Source: Alloascoidea hylecoeti
Lineage: Eukaryota
DNA length: 64,000 bases
Assembly: GCA_001600815.1 (NCBI GenBank)
Contig: BCKZ01000006.1
Coordinates: forward strand, 1,026,137-1,090,136
Direction: 5' to 3'
Each line of letters opens with the position of its first letter. Positions within the stretch are counted from its first letter, which is position 1. The notes under the pieces are model-generated. The model saw only the letters and a list, made by a program, of their open reading frames with translations, was not told where the DNA came from and made no database searches. This document shows, piece by piece, positions 1-12,500 of this stretch. The position numbers and the translations under genes are program-made.

Positions 1-340
1 TAGTTTTAGTAACATGGTATTTGTACCATTGTAAAATTATGATAACGATCGCAACTAATATACTATACATAATTATAACCTCATACAGGTATACAATTCT
101 GTAATGACTGTTATTATTAATAATATAATATATTATAACTATGTACTTGTATCCCATAATAATGATGAAAAAACGTTTTATTTCTTTTAAATACAATCAA
201 TTTTCAATTATGATATCGCTACTCATATATGATTATAACATTCCATATTTGACATGAGTTGAGTTTAAGCGTAAAAGAGGACTGCTTCCGAGATTTAATA
301 GCTATACTTGGACGGGTTTGGGCAGAATCAGAAAGCAAGT

Positions 341-367
341 CGGATCGGATCGGATCGGATCGGATCG
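341..367. repeat. (CGGAT)5 pentanucleotide microsatellite
   Basis: Five exact CGGAT units at 341-365 followed by CG, in otherwise AT-rich intergenic DNA. Confidence 0.95.
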
Positions 368-961
368 ACTATCGATGCGACCGATTATATTATCAGTTTA
401 GATTGTAAGCCACCGTTAAATCTAATCTTTCCATGTATCTACTCATTAAAATATTTGTAGTTAATTTAAGTCCTGATTGAGAGCATTGTTTCGCATTCGT
501 TTTACCCCGTGATTATAAATTTAAATTTATGCCTAATTTGATGATCCAGCAAGCAAGATATTTTCCGTAACAATATCAGCAAATTAGATAGTTATATATA
601 ATCCTGTAACTGATGTAATATTTTATTGGTAATCGTATCTTCGTATGAGGCTTACTCCTTTTTAAGAATTTTAGTCAGTTACTTCATCATAAATTTAAAG
701 CTTATATAAGACCTTAAAGAGTCACAATATTGCAATACACATATTTATAAATTTATGCATTATTACAAGTAAATAGTTATTATAAACAACAGTTTACCAG
801 CTGTCTTGTTTACAACAGGTCCTAATATGTAATATATATGCATTGAAACTATGAGAGATTATGAAGTTTAAGTTTATAAAATAATAATACAGTAATAAAT
901 GTAAATAAGAGTTATAAATTTAAACTTAACAACTATGATTAATTAATGTTGAATAAATGGC

Positions 962-2998
962 TTATGGATATGATGTAAATGATCCATATTCATTATCTTC
1001 GTATCCATATTGAATGGGTCCCATATAGTCTATATGACTAGTATCATGCAGCCCATTAAAAAAGGTTCCATTAAGATTTGAGTCTTCCAGAGTATTCAAT
1101 TCATAATTGGCGCTTAAACTTGTGGTCTCTATAGGTGTTGAGGGAAACAATCGGGAAGGATCAATATCTGTGATGCTATCTAATGGATTGTGTTGAATAT
1201 CAAAATCATTCTGATAGTTCAAACTTGTACCGAACGTATGATTCTCGGCTGTAGGTGTGGTAGTGAAGTTCTTCATCTCTTTTTTGGGTTGTAAATTAAC
1301 CTCTTGTTGTGTATGAGCGTAAGGTACTTCAGTCTCTGAAAAATAACCATTAAACCCATTAGAGGGAGATCTCATTTGCAATTGAAATTCATTCATATAT
1401 ATATGATTACTAGACGTTGAATCTTCGTCATAGGAGTTATTTCTAGTGCCATGTGAACTATCAACTGCTATATATTTTGGTGGGAATTTTGGTTTCATCC
1501 GGGCTTTGTTGTTGACATCTCGTCTTGAACTACCATAGCTACGGCTAGTACTGGAACCTCTGGATAAAGGAGGCCTTTTAGAAATACAACAATTTGTATG
1601 ATGACCAAGAAAATTAGGTACATCTGATGGTGAGAACGAAATGGAATTGGAATTGGAATGAACATTCATACAACCCTCAAGTACAGCTGGATCTGTTAAA
1701 CTAATACTATCAGATCTTGGGTCATTTGAAAAGGTTGGTGTTATTGGTGATATCAGTAACCCTTTTGAGTAGTTATTAAGATTTGAATCAAAGGATGAAA
1801 TGCGATTAACCGATAATGGCACTATATGATCCAAGTCCTTCCCATTGTGTATGCTAGCTTGTGATTCTTCAAACTCTTGTTTCAAAGATCCTGCAATTGA
1901 ATGACTATCAGGTTTATAATTATGATTGAATTTATTTAGGTTGTTGGAAAAACTTGTTTCTGTTCCATGTCTTGGGGAGATATTTTCGTTCCCAATTATC
2001 GCACGTCCAGATTCTGAAACTGTTATAAATAGTTTTGGTTTTTGTGAATCTCTTACCTGAAGTGAGATATTTTCTAAAAAGGAATGTTTCCTGGAATAAT
2101 GTGTTGGAGAGAGGTTATATTGATTGAACTTACCATTGAATTCTGAAAAATCTTCAACAGGAGGAGATAAAGAAGAATGACGATTCTGATATTCATTAAT
2201 TGGTATATCATCCGAATAATAAGGTGAATCATGGAAAGAAAGAGACGAGACAGACGAAAGAGACTCCGATCTAGCTTTAGATCTTGAAGTTGAGTATAGA
2301 TCTAGTGTATTACAACTATTATGTCTAGTGTGAAAGAATCTTTCTCTCATATTTTTATTATTGTTTTTATTTTGATTCTCTTTGAATTTTAAATTTGATT
2401 TTTCATTTTCTTTGTTTTTGGATCCTTTGAAATTTTTACTTCTATTTTTAGACTCTTCCATAAAGTCTATAAAGATCAATTCTTGTTCTGAAGATGGGAC
2501 TATGGACGTGAGTGATTTCGAATGTCTTTTATGTTTACTAAATAATGATCTTTTTGTTTTAAAGTTTCCAGGTTTATTCTGAGTATCTTTTTTCACCTTG
2601 CTCAACGAAGATGTTGATTGCATTTTCTGAGGTTTAAATTGGACATTTTTGAATTTTGTTACACAGCCAGCAGAATTTGGAGATGGAATTATTTTTGAAT
2701 TTGAATAGTTTCTGGAATCAGAAGAATTTTCGATAGGGGAAACAAAGACAGTGGTTGTAGTTGTTGTTGTAAAAGGAGTTGAATCATCTGAAATTCTTTT
2801 TGACTTAATTCTAGAAGAGTAAGATTCTGTATTTTGTTCAATGATGGTTAAAGGTTTCTCATATTTACGAGAATCTTGATCTATACCAGTTAAATACAGT
2901 GGCGATTCAGAGCCTGGAGAAATTGAAGGGAATTTTAAGGGACTCCTCGATATCAACAGTATGGAAGATTCTTCAGTATTAGCCATACTAGCAATCAT
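962..2998 (-). CDS. Uncharacterised Ser/Asn-rich, probably intrinsically disordered protein (678 aa)
   Basis: 2-kb stop-free ORF in AT-rich DNA. Low-complexity S/T/N tracts, many SP/TP sites and basic patches; no recognisable domain. The start may be Met1 (2998) or Met5 (2986), and a 5' intron is possible (see findings). Confidence 0.8.
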   Translation of the reverse strand: MIASMANTEESSILLISRSPLKFPSISPGSESPLYLTGIDQDSRKYEKPLTIIEQNTESYSSRIKSKRISDDSTPFTTTTTTTVFVSPIENSSDSRNYSNSKIIPSPNSAGCVTKFKNVQFKPQKMQSTSSLSKVKKDTQNKPGNFKTKRSLFSKHKRHSKSLTSIVPSSEQELIFIDFMEESKNRSKNFKGSKNKENEKSNLKFKENQNKNNNKNMRERFFHTRHNSCNTLDLYSTSRSKARSESLSSVSSLSFHDSPYYSDDIPINEYQNRHSSLSPPVEDFSEFNGKFNQYNLSPTHYSRKHSFLENISLQVRDSQKPKLFITVSESGRAIIGNENISPRHGTETSFSNNLNKFNHNYKPDSHSIAGSLKQEFEESQASIHNGKDLDHIVPLSVNRISSFDSNLNNYSKGLLISPITPTFSNDPRSDSISLTDPAVLEGCMNVHSNSNSISFSPSDVPNFLGHHTNCCISKRPPLSRGSSTSRSYGSSRRDVNNKARMKPKFPPKYIAVDSSHGTRNNSYDEDSTSSNHIYMNEFQLQMRSPSNGFNGYFSETEVPYAHTQQEVNLQPKKEMKNFTTTPTAENHTFGTSLNYQNDFDIQHNPLDSITDIDPSRLFPSTPIETTSLSANYELNTLEDSNLNGTFFNGLHDTSHIDYMGPIQYGYEDNEYGSFTSYP

Positions 2999-5900
2999 GA
3001 AATATCTTTTTTTTTTGTTAGTTTACTAATTAATTATTCATTGTATTACAATTCGCAATACTTACATATTCAATTTAGTATTGAAGAAGCCTATAAAATA
3101 AAGTCAAGGAAGCGAAATTCAAAAAAATGCTCAATTCACAAAGGATTAAAAATGAGCAAAGTGATCCTAGATAAATAAATTTCTCCCAATTCGGTATTAA
3201 TAACTCCGGAGAGTTGATAAATTGAGAACTAAGTTTTCTATAGGACCGATGATGCATACAATACAGAAAATAAAAAAGTAAAAAGGAAAAACAATATGTA
3301 ATTATCCAGGGCTAGTAGGGGGGGGGTCTAAGTGTGAGAAGTATAACATTTAAGTTTTATTCACACATGTATGGATGCTGCCAAACTAATAGCACATATA
3401 TATAGAACAATTTAATACGTAGCTTTAAGGTCTTGAAATATATCAAAATTCATTAACTTGCTATTACATATTTACGTCTTATGGTGAGTAGCACTGAGTG
3501 CCACAGATGCGGAGCAATAGTACTAATTTTTAGACTCTTTAATGTAGACGTTTTATACGATTGGGCCTAATTAGAAGTATAGGATGTGGAGGACATGTGT
3601 ACGCTCAACGCTATTGTCAATAGACGTGCCAGATGGTTATTGTTCAAACCCTTTGTATTTTGGCCAAGGCAGAGAATTATTATTTTCTCTTTCTACATGG
3701 TCGGGTAATATAATTAGGCAATAGTTTTTGCTGATATGAGGATGCATACGATACCATACAATTGCATCACTTTAGAAATAATTTTCAATGAAGGTTTGTG
3801 AAATGCATATGGCATGCGTGAAACCATTCATAATATAATTAAGCTTAAGTTGTACATGTACACAAACTTGACAAGCATGGTATTCACTACCCCATTTCTA
3901 TCTTCGAACCAATATCTAATAGATAATTAATTATTATTCAGATTAAGATTTATATACTTAGCCTCTAGTGAACTTCCTGTCATGATGTTCATCAAAATTT
4001 ATTTGGGATCTCGCAATGCTGTAGGTGTTAACCGTAGAACGTTATAATTATTTTTGAAATTAAAAAGCTTATGCATACAATTATATTGCTACAAAAAACT
4101 GTATTTAATCATTTTCCCTTTCATAATAGGTAGATTAATTAAGATCTTGATCTTAGCGAATACAAATATGTGATCATCTTAATTATAAGCTTTGAAATCG
4201 ATCGTGAATTCATCGAAGTACATTATCTCATATTATTTCAATTAGGTAATATTGGTGATCATGGGAATGATCATTCCGCAAAAAACAATACAGTATCTCA
4301 GCCGTATAAGTTTATACGTCAGTTAATAGGATCTATATATATTATAATCATATCTTATATTACGTATAATTCAGATGGTTACTTGTTATGTTTTAAAAAT
4401 ATGCCATTTTCGCGCCTTTTATAAATTTTATTTAAGTTGTCATCGATAGCCAACGTTATCTGATTAACCGTATATGTCTATATTAATCTTTATATTCTTC
4501 TCTGGTTATAGCTCCAATCTTATTCCATTGGGGTACATGGAGATAATCTTTTTATGTCAAAATGTATACAATGATGAGCTTAAGGAATTAGTATATAAAT
4601 GAATATATAGAGCGTTGTATCAGAATATGTATATTAAATCTATTAATATTACAATTGGCTAAAATTTCAATATTAGCTACTGTGCAATTTATAATTAGAT
4701 ATTAAGTTATTCTACACGTGCAAGCCTGCATACGAATTAACGTGTTTGCCTGTTTAGCTACTCACTTATTATTATTGCATTCATTAATTAATTAAAGGCA
4801 CAAGAAAGAAAGACAACCGGTATTATGATGGCGAGCATCTAAATTGTTCATGCGTGCGTAAATAAAAGAATGTATTAGAGTTGTAGAAGCAAGGTGGAAC
4901 AATAGGAATCGTCAATTTACCCATATTAAAGTAAGGCACCTACCATTTTCAACTATGCACATATACCTAATTACTATATATGGATTATAGCTAGCTTTAG
5001 ATGATCTAACGGGAGGTTAAGATTTACAGTCGGGTCAAGATTAAACTTACACTACTTTGGGGAACATCTCAAAAGACCCCTTCTTAATGAGCATGCAAAT
5101 GTATATAGGATATCTCCGGTAAATTAAGAGGCTGCTCTAAATGAGAAGAACTAAGGGAACAGAATGATGGCTTAATGGTGTGGTCTCAGGACGTTTGAGA
5201 TGCTGTTGTATCCATTGACAAATGCTCAGTCCCTACAGGGTCTAGACCCAGGAAAGTATATGCTCCCACGACAGTCAGACCAAGTCTTTGGACTTAAAAG
5301 ATTTATAATATAGGAAAGTCTGGGTATGTAATCCTTATGGTATGGATTGGAATTTGGAAACGTGCATTAAAGCAAATAATTCAACAGTACTTTATTGTAT
5401 ATAATATAGTGAGGTTCCAATACTCCATGTCTCGGTATGATATAGGCCGTTTTTCACCTTAAGAGCGCTAACACCTAATTTTAAGTTTAAAATTTCATTT
5501 CATATAGGCTAGTGGAAAATCTAGAATTCACATAACACATTAAGGCATTATATAGTACTCAGTATCTGTTATAATGTTACCAATTTTATTTGGAGTGGTT
5601 ATATATTTGGAGAAGCGACTCGAAAAAAGAACTAAGTTAAATCTTAATCTTGAGCGCGACTGTAAGGATTGATTAGACACAAGGAAGATAATCGAAAGGA
5701 TTAAACAACGAGGTTAAAGATCTGATCATTATGACGATTATAACAAAAGAATATAATTAATCAAAATAGGTGCTAAACTCTCGTACTATTTAAACGGTGT
5801 GATTACCCAAACAGTTAATAAGAATCTACACTTCATATGCTAACGCATCACCTAAATTGAAAATAATTTCTTGTAGGCTATTATATGGCATAACCCTGAA

Positions 5901-8900
5901 ATTAACATTCAATGATTATCTTCATCATCTGAATTTAATATCAATAATGCTGCGATTCTTGGTAAACTTCATTGTTGCAAAACCCAAAACCTCTCCGCGA
6001 TTGAACCCTTCAATAAATTGTCCTCCCTCCTTTAGTACAGTTTGATGTGATTTAGATTGATGGTTTAACAATTTGGAGTTGGGCTTACATGCCAGCCATA
6101 ATTTGATCACACTAAGCTCTTACAATCTTTTTCACTCCATACTATTTATATCAATAATGTAGCTTTTCTTTTTTAATACCTCTTCTACGGCAGACCGCTG
6201 AGATTTGAAGTCTGATCGAGACTCAAAGATTTGAAATCTGCAGCAATTGTTTTCGGGTTCTGGATTTTTACACATACAGTATGCATGATCTTCTTTTAAT
6301 GTTCTATGCATATGCATAATTACTATCTTATATAATCCCTCACCCTACTAGTATCTTTCATTAGCGGTCGTTTTCCACCCGACTGCCGGTTCATTCGACT
6401 TAAGCTAATATAAGGTATATGGTATATGAGTCTGATTCAATATAATCAACTCCCAAAGTACTGTATAATTAGGTCTTATTCCCATTCAAACGAGATTTTT
6501 ACGTAGTAAACGTTAACACTCAAGGATTTAAACTGTGAGTGATTATTGTGCATGTAGCGCTTAATTAGGTAATTAGAGACGTAGAGTATATGCTGCATAG
6601 TATGGGTACGAATGAAAGAAAAGATTCTTTATATTAAATAGGCTTTACTTGCCTTGACACAAATCAATAAAAATAAAATAAGAAAGAGATAAATTCCATT
6701 TTTCATTAATCTATCCGCTATTGTCTTTTAAATACCACTTAATCTTGTTGGTAGTTGGTTTTTCAAAGGAGGGTATCGGGGAAAGCCCATATTCTCCATA
6801 GTTCATTGCTATCTTATTGCATAGATAGAGTTGCAACAAGAAGCATAAAGCAATTCTCGCAGTAGATAATGGGTGTGACAAAATGGGGAACTAACAAGAA
6901 AGAAAAAAGATGTGTATTAGAGTTGGGTATTAGTCTGATATTAAAATAAAGGAGATCCAACGTTAGAAACTGGCGATTTTATAATTCAATAAGTTTTCAA
7001 GAATAGAAATAATTAGACTACAAGGTCTTACAGCGTGCGCATTCTTTAGCAAATAGAAAATCAAAAGCCTATACACATCTTTCATAAATTTCTAAAAATA
7101 AATCTATCTGTTTTTATAGTTATATCGATCGCTAAGTGGAACTTTTTTCAGACGCTTTATTATAGCAACTCTTCTCGCACTGATTGTCATCAAGAAATTG
7201 ATTTTATTTCTTCAATCTTTTATTTTACTGGCTCTTCTACATTACAAGCAGTTAAGAACCCTGCTGAAAACTTTTTCATATTATCACCTACAACAATGTT
7301 CAGGTTGTGATTTGATATACGAGTAGTTGAATCTTAATTACTTCGTATTTTCCGCTAACAACATAAGCTTTGTGATTAACAACACGCTTTTTTCATGGAT
7401 AGCTTTATCAAGTGGTAATTCACCTTCTGGGCCCCTTATATTATCATCCAGAATTCTTTCCTTATCAAGAGCCGAGGGCTGTAATGGAATCTAAAACCAG
7501 ATGCGATATTCTTTTTAATTTAGTCTAATTTCTTCCTTTTCTTTATATAATATTATACCAAGAAAATCGACCTCTTGACATCTATGTGATTTCGACTCTC
7601 TTAAGTAAAATTCTTGAGTTTCTTCATATAAATATCCTTTTAATATTATTTGGCTACGCAGTTGAGAAGATAAAGATTAATTATATATTAGTTAGTTTAG
7701 CTATAAGGGAGTTCCCTTCTTTATTAGGATCAGGATATTATATATGAAGCTGTCTAGCAGGTTTTCTCTGGAAAGAAACAGAAGCATCAAGAACTTTTAA
7801 TATGGAAGAATGCACAAATAGAATAACATGTGTTTCTTACAGGTATCTAGATATTCATACTGTTATACACTAAAAAAAAAAAAAAAAATAGATACTAATA
7901 TAATCACATTGTGAGCAAATAACGAACCCCTTTCCCCATCTCTAAGGTTTTTAGATCATGAACTCTGAGGGGTAAACTGAAGAATATCCCTAGTGTGCTC
8001 CAATCTCATAGTGAAATTTTTTTTTTGCTCGCACAAGTCATTTAACCTATACTCTAGGAAAGGCACAGGAACACTCCAAAACAGCGACAGTCCCTTCGTA
8101 ATATTTTAGGGTTCAGCTACACTAAATATGTTACTAGTGGCGCTATCTAAATGTCAAACATGGGATGTCCCTTTCCCGCTTTGACTTAAGGTTCTCTGTT
8201 GCCGTGATGGTTAGCGGTGGTTTCTTTTGAAAGGAATTAAGTTTTTTATGTTTCACAAAATTGTTGTTGTATTCTCCTTCAGCGAAAGAACGCACCATTG
8301 CCAAGGAACCTGTCAAAATTTAGATTGATATTCCTTTAAATAAATATCAGCTGATAGCTTGTCAATTATCTTATTATTGTAGTTTGATAATTGGTATTAA
8401 CTATTACAATTCAATTGCTACGACAGACCATCAACGGTTGACAAGATTCTTAATTAAATAAAACTAACTATAAATGAATATTCCTCTTTTTATTTTTATA
8501 TAATAAAATTAGCCTCATAAAATGAGTGTTTAAATAAAGTAAGGCTAACATATTTATATTAAAACATATAATTTTTTAAATTTATATAAAAGTATACAAT
8601 AAATTTTTTTCAGACGTAGTAATGGTATAAATGAAATTTAAAAAATGAAAAGTAAAAATAAAACTATAACGAAAAAATGAAAAGGAAAAAGAAATATGAA
8701 AATAAAAAAAGGAAAAAATGACAAAAGAAAATTGAAAAAGTAAATAGTTATTCAACAAATGAAATCGACAACAAAGACAACTTTTATTTTTTTAAAAAAA
8801 TAATGTAAAATTGAAGGATAATATAATATAATATAGTATAGTATAATAAAAGATAATACTGTATAATATAATCAGTATAAGTATAGTTTAGTTAGTGTAG

Positions 8901-8964
8901 CTATATTTTTAATAATAATGTAAATAAAAAAGATACAATTGCAAATTAAAAAAAAAAAATAAGA

Positions 8965-9030
8965 AAATGTAAATGTAGAATAGAATGTAAATGTAAATGT
9001 AAATGTGAATATGAATATGAATGGAAATGG
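8965..9030. repeat. Degenerate hexamer tandem repeat (AAATGT/GAATAT/AAATGG) within an A-rich low-complexity tract
   Basis: Visible run aaatgt aaatgt ... gaatat gaatat gaatgg aaatgg inside the poly(A)-rich 8450-9500 region. Confidence 0.8.
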
Positions 9031-9529
9031 AAAAATATAAATTCGTAGTAAAACAAAAAAATATAAAAAAGAAAATAAACCAAGCCAACCTTTTTTTTTT
9101 TTTTAATTTGCAATTTCAAAAATACAAATAAATATAAAAAAAAAAAAAAATTAAAAAATATTTTTATAAATATCATATTCTTTAAAAAATTCTTTCTCAA
9201 TTTGTTAAAAATAGTTAAAAACCAAATGAGTAAAATATTGCAAAATAAAATAAAATAAAATAAAAGAAAAACATAAATATTTTTAATGATGATACCAATA
9301 AACAAGCATTTTTATGTCATTGTCCCTTGTCATTATCAATATTTAATGTTATATAATGCATATGAAGAAATGAATCAATTTTTGACTATTAATATATGGT
9401 CATTGTGTATATTTTGTTTTGTTGTGTGATGCTTTTTTTTTTTTATATATATAATAATGCAAATAAAAAAAAAGAATAATACAAAAAAAAATTTATGTTT
9501 TTATAATTAATTGGGAACTTTTTTATTTT

Positions 9530-12500
9530 TTATTTTTTCCATCTTCTTGATAATTTTCTTTTTCCAAATGATTGTTTTTTACTTTTTCTACTACAAGAAC
9601 TTTCATTATCATTATTTTCAATTTGTAAATGATTATTCATTAATTTTTCAGCATTTGTTAAACCAGGTAATTCAGAAGATTCCCAATCAAATTCAGGTCT
9701 TCTTGCATCAATTGAAATTCTTGGTAAATGAGAAATTCTTGAATTAATTGGAGTTAATGGTGATAAACCATTAATAAATTCTGATGATATATCAATTGAT
9801 GGTCTTTGCATATATTGACCATTTTTAATCATTTCAATTCTTCTATTTTCTAAAGATTGTTGAATTGATGATGTTGTTTGAATTGGATTTAAAATATTTG
9901 ATTCTTGTTTTACTATTGATGCTAAAGTTGGACAACTATTATCTTCATTATTGTTGGAGTTATACATAATTTTTGGCATATTAATTGGACTTGTTGGGGT
10001 ATTATTATTAATAATTGATTCTTGTTGAACACCTTCTTTATCATAAATATGCATATCAATTGAAGTATTTATTGAAACATCTAAAGAATTTGTTGATCCA
10101 TGATTTGAAATATTATTTGAATATAATAAATTTGATGATTGTTGTGGTGGTTGTAAAGTTAATGAAGAATCTATTTTTCCATTATTATTATTATTAATTT
10201 CATTTACTGATAATGAAGAATTATTTTTTGATGATGATGGTTGTAAATATAATGATGTTGGATTTTCTAAATCTAAATGATCTTTTTGTTTATTTGTTGT
10301 TGTATTAAATATAAATTCTTCTTCAATTTCATTTTCATTTTCATTTTCATTATGATTATGATTATGATTATCATTTATTTTTTCATCATCACATAATTTT
10401 GATAAATTTGAATGAATTTTTTCAACATTTGGATCAGTTGGATCATAATTTTTTGGATAATTTTTAAAATCACCCATAACAACTCTTTCTCTAATAATAT
10501 CAATATCTTTTGGATTATAAATTTTTTCAACACAATCATAAATAAATCTTGGCATTAAACAAGTTATAACACCAACAATAGTACATGTCCAAAACATTAG
10601 AGTTGAATAAGTTGAAGCAGCAGAATGATAAAATGGACCAGAAATTGTTGTTGATGTCCAAATACCAGTCCATAAAAAAACAAATAAAGTTGAACCAATA
10701 ACTGTTATAATTGATAAAATATCCCATCTATATTGTCTCATTAAAACATAAAAATTACAACTTATAACTGATATAGTTGCAACTAACATACCAATTTCAT
10801 ATCTATGATCAACAGGTAAACCATTAAATGAAACAAAATCAGTAAATTGATAAATTATAAAAGGATAAAAGAATGATATAACAGATTGATAAATTCCATC
10901 AAACATATAATACCAAAATTTTGTATTATTCCATTCACTTCTTAAAATTCCAGTTCTATATAATTGTGGAACAGCTAAAGAAACTGAATGATCAACATCT
11001 TGATCAAAAACTCCTAATAGAATAACGGGAGCAGAAGTGAAAACCAAATTATAAAAAGTTAAATAGGTATATTCAAATAAATAAGAACCATCAAAATCAT
11101 TATAAATTCCATACCAAAATAATGCTAAAGTAAAAACAACATTTTTATAAAAAAAACATGGAATCATTTCTGATAATCGCTTATATGACCATCTACCATG
11201 AATTAAAATTAATCTTGTTAAAAATCTAAATTGAGCAATTGCATAATCAGAAGACATTGCAGCTTGTCTACCTTCTTCACCAGCAATTCCAATACCAACA
11301 TCAGCTTCTTGAATCATTGCAACATCATTTGATCCATCACCAATTGCTAAAGTCATAACATCAAGGGAATTTTTAACAAGTCTAACAACAGCAGCTTTTT
11401 GAGCAGGACTTACACGACAACAAAGAACAGATCTACATTGTTTACATAACAATAAGAATTTTCTTTGTAAATCAATTCCAATAATTTGTTTTAAAGCATC
11501 ACCATCGATAATAACTGCAAAATTTCCAATTGGAGGAGAATGATTTAATTTTGCTTTTTCTAATTCATCATTTGATCCAAACATATTAAAATTATCTAAT
11601 AATAATTTTGAAATAATTTTATCAGCTTCTTCAATTGTTTGTTCATTTTCTAATCTTATAACTAATAAATTCATACCATTTTGTAATAAATTACAAGAAA
11701 AGCCAATATTTATTGCAGTTTCTACTTTATCACCAGTTAATACCCATAATTTAATACCAGCTTTTGATAATATTTCAATTGAATCTGGTACACCATCTTG
11801 TAATTTATCTTCAATTGCTGTACCACCAATTAATATTAAATCTGTTTCTAAAGATTCAGAAACTTTATCAATTTTTAAATCTCTATCAATTATTGATGAT
11901 GATGCTTCAATATAATTTTTATTAAAAATTTGATATTCTTGAAGAGTTAAAATTTTATATGATATACATAATGTTCTTAAACCTTCAGTTGCAAATTGTT
12001 CTAAATGTAAAGCAGTTTTTTCAAGAATTTCTTGATTATTTTTTAATTTATCTAATCTTGAATAAATAATTGAATCAGCACCTTTACAAATTAAAACAAT
12101 ATCATAATTTTTATTATCATTTTCATTTTCATTTTCATTTTCATTTTCATTTTCTTCTTCAATTGGAGGAGGTTTAAAATCTGATTTAAATAAATTTTTT
12201 GGAATTTTAACAATAACACTCATTCTTTTCCTTGTTGAATCAAAAGGTATAACATTTAATATTTTAAATTTTAAATTTTTTAAATTAAAAATATTTAAAT
12301 TTAAAAAACCTGAAGAATTTCGATTAATTAAACTAAAACCAACATCACGAGCTGTACCAACCAATGCTTGTTCATCAGGACTTTCAGCTCTTAAATGAAT
12401 TTTTGATGTAAATTTATCAACTTCTGTTAAAACTGAATTACAAAGTGCTAAATATAACATAAAATTTTGATTTGATAATTTTTGATCATTTTCTTCAAAA

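Noticed and set aside
8946..9305. 119-aa F/I/K/Y-rich ORF (and similar ones at 9511-9747 and 20710-20919)
   Set aside because: Translations of poly(A)/poly(T) low-complexity DNA.
8450..9500. Point centromere or replication origin in the extremely AT-rich tract
   Set aside because: No CDEI/CDEIII-like flanks are seen. AT-richness alone is not evidence, and it continues into the coding DNA.
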